DNA of 64,000 nucleotides from Macrostomum lignano (lineage: Eukaryota), in assembly GCA_002269645.1 (NCBI GenBank), contig NIVC01000217.1:248001-312000 (forward strand), read 5' to 3'. Position 1 is the stretch's first letter; every line of letters begins with the position of its first letter. The notes under the pieces were generated by a model. That model was not told the origin of the DNA, searched no databases, and worked only from the letters and a program-made list of their open reading frames with translations. Shown piece after piece: positions 56,172 to 64,000 of the stretch. A program made the position numbers and the translations under genes.

Positions 56172-58354
56172 GTGAGTCAGACTTGCAAAGAAGCAAAATT
56201 TTGGGCTGGGGTTTTCACGCGATTCACAACCATGAGGGCCAACCCTAAAAAACGTAGTGTGTACTCGACTGACGATAGAAAACTCAGGGCCGCTGTACAC
56301 CCTGCATGAACAAGTGCGTGCGCACAGCATTAGGTACAGCAGCTAGGGTGTCCTCCTGCAAGTTTAATTAATACTATTCAATATTATTATTACTATTTTG
56401 GATATTGTTATTAATAATATTATTAATATTCTTGTGACGAAACATCCAATGTTTTTGTTTTTAAGAAACTCCGAATCGAAAAAACGATCGACTCTTACGG
56501 TCTCACAGTATCATATTTTAGAAATTCAATTCTAACTCAACTTTCAGTGGATCACGTGGAAAACTGTTGGTGTGTGCAAGTGTACTCATTGATTTGCGTT
56601 CTTGCTCAGAATGCCTGTAGAATGGCAATTCCGACCTTCATCAGATGTTTGGCAGCTGATGTTTAAAAGCACCAACTTTCTGATTCTCGAGTAAATCAAG
56701 TCTAAATTAATGTACATTTATACAATTTATATAGGTGTTCGAGCCGTACATGTATGTATAACGCAGAACCCAGACTGATGGTTGTATTTGTTTATTAACA
56801 AGCACTACCAGTACGCTGCAAAAAAGAACTCTTTTTGCCACTTTTCAGCAATGAAAAGTTTCGACGTCACCGTGGATTGCGCCAGCTTCACTGTCGGAGA
56901 TTCTTTCCCTCAGCCAGCATATATACATTTGATGCTACACTCGAAATGTATGGTAAATTTCAACACTAAAACAGTGATTGAGTCTCCCAACAGTGTCAGG
57001 GAAAGTTCCAATCACACTATTTTGTGCCTCACATGCTGCTCTAACGACGCATTAATCGATTTTTCATGTTAAATTGGTCTTGTCGTTATTTTAAACGTTT
57101 TTTCAAGTAATCGCTTCATACTTGAGTTTTTGAGCTCGAATTTTAGCGGTCCCACCTAGTACGAGTATTCGTAGTTGATAAACTTTGGACAATAAGTCTG
57201 GCAAATCTAAGCCAACTGTTGGATGAGCACTTACTACTTAGCAGTCACAGTAGTAATTGTCGTTGTCACCCAGAGCCAATACCACTGCTCTGCTATTAAA
57301 TGATGCAAATGATAAATAATGAGTTCCAAACTCATCTGCCTGCGTTTTAAAACAGCACAACGGTAAATTCTAGTGGTTCTTGATGGGTATACAGTGGTTC
57401 ACTATCAAATAGAAGTCTACGGGTATGTATTTGAAGCAATAGGTTTTAATTTCTGAGCAGAATTTTTCAGAAGTGAGATCAATAGTGGTTCAAACGGAAA
57501 CTTAGTCAGAATGGAAAGCGTGTTTCTGAAACGCGGATCAAACGCCTGACGGCAATAAACGAATAAATTCCGCTGCTCATAATGTACCTTAAGGTTGCAA
57601 ATAGGGAAAAATCAAGCGACAAGTAGAGTTAAGAAATGTTACGTTACAATGTTACACTCAGAAGAGTTGAAAAATGTTACATGTATTTACACCGAGGATA
57701 AAGACAAGAAGCTTGTCGAGGGGCTCACGTGGAGTCCTACCATCTCGGTCTACCAGCATCTTCACCAGCAGATAAAATGCTGTGATGCAGCCGTCACTTT
57801 GATAGCCAGATGGGTAGTTTTGGCCGTACGTGACTAAGAAGTTTTCCTATAAGCATTCAAAGAACTGCATTCAACCGACATCAGAGGTCTGTTTGAATTT
57901 ATCGGAGTGAAAAGCATCGCCATGCATATGGCTGTCCCTGTATTCTCACTGTGTCGCTAGTGGGGAGATTCAAAAGCACTTGATACCTGGAGAAACTTAG
58001 GCCAGGAGACAGTAGAGTACAATACCGACATACGAGCGTAGAGATAAATTACCGTGCTGGTAACTCCTTCGTCGTCGCTTATCTTGAAAACGGCCTGCAA
58101 CTGCCTGCCCTGCGTCAACTTCCTGTTCTAGCGTGTTCCGTCAGCGTCCAGGTCTGTTCGGCGAAGCAGGAAGCAGGGGAACCAGACCGAACTCTCAGTA
58201 CTTTCAGTGCACTGAATTTTAATTAGTGCAGTGGCTTTTATCAAACCAGATCGTTTTTAGAAAACCGGTATGAAAGCACACAATGACAAGTTTTCATCTC
58301 TTGCCACACTAGTATGAAAAACAGCAGAACTGAATCTCAACTGCTCAAGCAGCC

Positions 58355-59057
58355 ATGCTCAAAACCATCACCTGCATTGTGGGTCTCGCCGTCCCGGTGC
58401 TTTGTGTTGCCGGTAGAGTAACTCAGATGTCCTACATTGGCTGCTATGTAGACGGTGAGACTAGAGACATGAAAGGACTCTCTGGAGTGAGCAGAATTGG
58501 ACAGTTTAGCACGTCCGGCATCGCTGTGAGCAGTGTCGGCAGTATGACGCACGAGCTCTGCAGCAGCGTCTGCTCTTTGGGCGGCTTCCCGTACTTCGGA
58601 ATTCAGCTCAGTGAGCAGTGCATGTGCAGCACCTCCTGCGGATCTCTGGGAGCTGCTAGCGAGACCGACTGCAACCGCGTTTGCACTGGGAACGGAGCTT
58701 CTAAATGCGGAGGCCCGTGGCGCAATTCCGTATTTGCTTTGACCTATCCGAGCGAGTAATTCAGTCTCTTTCTCTTAAAAAAATTCGGCACGTTTTGTAA
58801 AGTCTGCGTAATTCTTTTAGAGAAACAGTACTTTAAGCAGTCACACAGGCCCAACGAGACGGTGGAGTCCATCCACAGCACTTAACTGGACCAGCGCTGC
58901 CCGAATCAAAGTCGCGTGTATGGGGCTGTGCGAGGCCTCAGCTGCCTGCCAGGCTGTGATTTTCTCTGGCCAGCAGCGCCTGTGCCACCTGCTGAGGTTC
59001 GCCTACCCGCATGCCAGTCTGAGCAGCATCGATGGGGACTACTTCGTTCGTGACTGA
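58355..59057 (+). pseudogene. WSC-PAN gene 7 (exons 58355-58751, 58821-59057)
   Basis: Near-copy of gene 8, but donor is GCGAGT, exon 2 has a +1 frameshift giving TAA, and the TATA box is mutated. Confidence 0.85.
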
Positions 59058-62000
59058 CTAACTTTCGATCCCGGCAGCCAATTGATCTGATTTGAAAAAT
59101 AAACTTTTTAAAACCTTTACATGGACGTAGACTGTTGTGTCCTTTTTCAGCACTGTAACGTGTGTTAACTGATACTGGAGTCTTAAAAAGCTTTAATTTG
59201 AGTGTGCTCTAAAATTGAAAGGAAACTATTGTATAACCAAGCTATATAACAAAAACTATATCAATAGCGAAAAACTATTTAGCTATATAACTAAATAACA
59301 AAGGTCCAATGCGCTGGAGTTTTGTTCAATTTGAGTTTTTCTCACGGCCACAAAAAACTTAACAAGCTTCTTTTAATTAAAAAGTACCTTACTTGATTCA
59401 CGCCTTGTTTGGAAAATAAGCTTTTAATCTTTATTAAGGCCTAATAATTTCGTCCGATTTGTTTTTTTCTTTATTCAAATTGGTGCGCGGTCGTCAGCAG
59501 ACTGGTGAGGCAGCATGGTAGAGAATTTACACAGAATGACCGTAGAAAACAATGGACAACAGAAAACCATTTGGCTTCAACTTTGAACCAAGGACTGCTT
59601 GGATTTCACAGTAGAAGGCATGGCTGAAGTAAAGAATGGCGCAGAGAGGGCAGGACCATAAATCAGTCTAGTCGACAAAGAGACGACAGTGAATGCATGC
59701 GTGACTGTGGAATTGGAGTTTGATGATCGTGAAAGAAACCAAATTGATAGCAAAAAAAACAAAATTCGACCGGCTTAGTGCATTATGAATACGAGCGTAT
59801 GAACTTTGCTGGGTCTTTGCAGCACATCAACTTGGACGCAGTCAAAATCAGAGGAAGCAAAATGGTGTATTCTTCAATACTTCCTAAAGACTATGAGCCA
59901 ATTTTCGAGTAACCGAAATCAGTCAGACAGCACAAAAGTACGTGCGTAGTTTTGAACTGGAATTTACGTGACAGTGATGACAAAGAGTACAGAACTCTGC
60001 AAAGCTGAGTCACTTTTACTGCAGCTTCAAATAGTACTGGTCAGCCGAAATGTATTTCCTGGAAGTTTCCAATCATGAATTAAAGTGCACCCTGTTACAG
60101 TTTAAATTATCAAACCATTTATTGGCCTGCGAAAGAATGAGGACTGCGAGACCAAAGATCCCTTGCGAGAACAGGACCTGTCCAAAGTGCCGTGTGGAGT
60201 GAAAGTGAAGTTCTCTTCCTGTTTAAGTGCCGTTGTAACTTTTTTAGAGCTCCTTGTAATAAATTTGAACAGGAAATCTCGGATAAGGTTTCAAAGTTAT
60301 ATAGTTAGGTTCGTTACCTCAGAAGATAGGGCCATCAAAGAGAAGAAGAACGAACGCATGCGCAATGAGAGACGTCCTGAGCTCACTTCTTGCTTCTAGC
60401 CAGCCCAACCGGAAAGAAAGCATACAAAGAAGAGTTTCGATAGAAACTGTTTCAACCGCCGCTGATTGCAGCAGAAATTTCACGAATTCGCGCATGAGCT
60501 GCAATAAACAGATGCCCAGAATTAGATGGCATTTAACTCAACCAGCGCGTTAAAATCCTCACTCCGCCACCCCAGCGACAGCAGAACGGGTTTCCATAGC
60601 AACCATGCTAGTAGCTAGTTTATCGCTTTTACGCTACACTCTATCTGGGCTGCATTCCCACTCAAAATATTGCGAATGCGTACCGTTGTAAAGGCGCTCC
60701 CCTTTGTGTCAAAGGAGAGGGAGTCTGGAGATTTCATAAAGGAAGGACAGGAGAGCCTCTAGCTCATATTTTCAGATCGGGATGAAAATCATACCGCTAG
60801 AGCCACACAGGTGGAAAATCGTACTTTTTAGGGGTAAACCTTAAGAGAAGACAAAAAATCGATTGAACTCGAGAGTTGCTTCTGATAGTCAGCTGAGACA
60901 TGAATTTAGAGAACGCTCTTTGACATTATGCGGCGAGAAACCTAAAGAAAAAGCACTAGGAAGCCCTGAAATATAGAAAAATTACCATATCTCTTTTTTA
61001 GAAATTGGTCATCGCATAAACACACTATGAAAAGCCGAACTGTTCCAAAAGTTTTGATCGCAAGGATTTACACTGAAAAGCCGTAATCAGGTAATTTACG
61101 ATGATGTAAACAAGTAAGCAGGTTCCAGTTTGTATGGTTACAGGTCTCCGGACTCTTGTGATCTCCTTCTCCTGGTAGAGACTGTGAGGCAATCACGTAC
61201 TGGCGTTCTGCACTTTTAGCCGCAGAACGTGAAGGTCAGAAGCTTTCATAAATTTGGCTTTGAAATCTCGGGTGAAATGCAAGTTCCGATGCGCAAAATA
61301 CAGAATAATTGATTTATGTTAATACGGCACTCACCCTACCATCTTTATTTGAAAGCGTACGCTCGTACATCATCAGTTTTTTAAAGAAATTGATAGTCTG
61401 AGTTTTTTTATTTAATCAGTGTTCACTTGTTGAATGAGTAAATCGTATAAACAGTTCAATACTATACATGTAATCCACCAGAGGGCTTGTGTCGTTATGC
61501 AAAATTCCTCATCTGGCTTCTTTATTTCATCAAGGTTTTCATATATGCCCATTGATGAGTATATCGGTGTGTTAGATGATTTGATGTCCAAAGAAAATGA
61601 CAAATTGGAGCATAGAATCAGAGAAAACTCTTACGAATTCCGCTGCTTACAATGTACTTTCAGATTACAAAAAGGGAAAAAATCAAGCAATGATGAGAAG
61701 ATTTAAGAAATGTTACACGTATTTACACCGAGGATGAAGACAAGAAGCTTCTGGTGGGCCTTCACATGGAGGTCCTGCCATCACTGTCTACCAGCCTCTT
61801 CACCAGCAGATAAAATACTGTGATGCAGCCGTCACTCCGATAGGCAGGTGGGTAGTTTTGACTGTAAGTGACTAAGAAGCTTTCCTCTAAAAATAAGGAA
61901 GCCAATTCAACCGACATCCCCGAGTCGGCCGAGTTCTGTTTGAAGTTATCGGAGTGAAGAGCATCGCCATGCCTACTACGACTGAAAGTGGCCGTCGCTA

Positions 62001-62581
62001 TATTTTCACTGTGTCGCTATGGGAAGATCCAAAAGCACCTGCAATCTCCAGAAGAAGACCCTAAAGTCAGGAGACCGTAAAATGTAATTGCGCAATGGCG
62101 ATAAATAACCGTGCTGGTAGTTCTCTCGTCGCTTACCTTGAAGGCGGCCTGCAACTGGCCAGCTTGCGCCACGTCAACTTTCTGTTCTAGCGAGTTCGGT
62201 CAGCGTCCAGGTCTGTGCGGCGAAGCAGGATCGCCTCGACCACCGCCTGGAAGAACGCAACCAACTAGCGATCAGGTAGGGTCTCGGACTGCAGTGCCAC
62301 CTCAAATTGAAAGGCAGGCCAGGCAAACCGCGGCCACACTGCAGATCGTCACGGACGTTGGGAACCAGACAGCAGAGGCTGACATCGCGAAAGTTCCATC
62401 GCCTTTCGGTGTCAGGCAAACTCTCAGTACGCTCAGTACACTGAACTCTTATTAGTGCACTGGCTTTTATCCAACCAGATTGTTTTTAGAAAACCGGTAT
62501 AAAAGAAGAAAAGTCGTTTTCATATTTTGCTACACTCATATGAGCAGCAGCAGAACTTAAATCCCATCTGCTCAAGTAACT

Positions 62582-63294
62582 ATGCTGAAGAACATCGCCT
62601 GCATTGTGGGTCTCGCCGTCCCGGTGCTTTGTGTTGCCGGTAGAGTAACTCAGATGTCCTACATTGGCTGCTATATAGACGGTGAGACTAGAGACATGAA
62701 AGGACTCTCTGGAGTGAGCAGAATTGGACAGTTTAGCACGTCCGGCATCGCTGTGAGCAGTGCCAGTATGACGCACGAGCTCTGCAGCAGCGTCTGCTCT
62801 TTGGGCGGCTTCCCGTACTTCGGTATTCAGCTCAGTGAGCAGTGCATGTGCAGCACCTCCTGCGGATCTCTGGGAGCTGCTAGCGAGACCGACTGCAACC
62901 GCTTTTGCACTGGGAACGGAGCTTCTAAATGCGGAGGCCCGTGGCGCAATTCCGTATTTGCTTTGACCTATCCGAGTAAGTTTTTATTACAACGTTTTTA
63001 TTAGAGTTTTCACATGTAATTTCGGCACATTTTGTAAAAGTTTGTGTAATTCTTTTAGAGAAACAGTACTTTGAGCAGTCGCAGAGGCCCACCCAGACGG
63101 TGGAGTCCATCCACAGCACCTACTGGACCAGCGCTGCCCGAACCGACATCGAGTGCATGGGGCTGTGCGAGGCCTCAGCTGCCTGCCAGGCTGTGATTTT
63201 CTCTGGCCAGCAGCGCCTGTGCCACCTACTGAGGTTCGCCTACCCGCCTGCCAGTTTGGGCAGCACCGATGGAGACTTCTTTGCTCGTGGCTGA
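62582..63294 (+). CDS. WSC-PAN gene 8, intact, 209 aa (exons 62582-62975, 63059-63294)
   Basis: Canonical splice sites, spliced length 630 nt, TATA box at 62498. Confidence 0.88.
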
Positions 63295-64000
63295 CTGACT
63301 TTTGATTCTGGCAGCCCATGGATTGGATGTGAAAAAGAAACCAACTAATTGTTCAGTTTAGGGGAAAATAACTGTATCAAAATTGGCTTTGAAAAAAATA
63401 AGCTTCCGATTAAAAAATTGATGTAATATTTTATCAGCTTTACATAGACTGCCCTGTCCATTTTCAAAATATGTACCGTGCTTACTGCTACTAGAGACAT
63501 AATTCGAGTGTATTTCATATTTTATAACAAACTACTCTACAAGTAAGATTAAATAATAACTAGGGTTTCTTTGTTTCTAAGTTTCTTTGTTATATTCAAG
63601 TTATTTTCTCTGGTCACAATAAAGTGTACAAGCTACGATTCAACGAAGTTTTTGAACGCCTATTTAAGACTACTGTTATAAACTTCTGTTTCCGATTTGG
63701 TTTTTTTCTTTGTTCAAATTGGTGCGTGGCTGTCAGCAGACTGACGTGGCAGCGTGGCATGCACAGGGTTGAAACCGTTTTGCTTGCAAAATGCAAATGA
63801 AAATAATTGGAATGAAAGATTAGTGAGAGATGTGGCAGGGCTCCTCAGCGGCAGCTCATTAGTTCCAAGTTGGTTTGCTATTGTAAAGCAGATATTGTAA
63901 TATATTACGTCAGTTTGAGGCAGGTATCTGACTCTAACTGGTTTTAAACCCCCCCGCGCCGGCCCGGCCTCGCTTTGGTGGGTTGGTGGGGTGCTGGTGC

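Overview
Eukaryotic (animal) genomic DNA with GT-AG introns; the composition resembles a free-living flatworm such as Macrostomum, but that is inference only. The host layer is a cluster of at least eight short two-exon secreted genes (signal peptide + WSC domain, intron, PAN/Apple domain), four intact and four damaged. It also carries a tiny two-exon cystine-knot (ICK) peptide gene missed by the ORF track, a decayed paralog of it, and a frameshifted orphan secreted gene. A near-complete endogenous Polinton/Maverick (adintovirus-like) element occupies 5406-29230, about 16.1 kb net: capsid, penton, ATPase, adenain, pPolB, integrase, pX-like, PLA2 and TIRs. Its pPolB is split by a Ngaro-type tyrosine-recombinase retrotransposon (14386-22072), whose SAP-domain gag is in turn split by an intact Chapaev-type DNA transposon (14642-17857). 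The virus has an abnormal left junction: a 101-bp flank duplication plus a 106-bp copy of its own capsid gene. The rest holds a truncated RNase H LINE, a TRIM-like LTR element, MITEs, a SINE and satellites.
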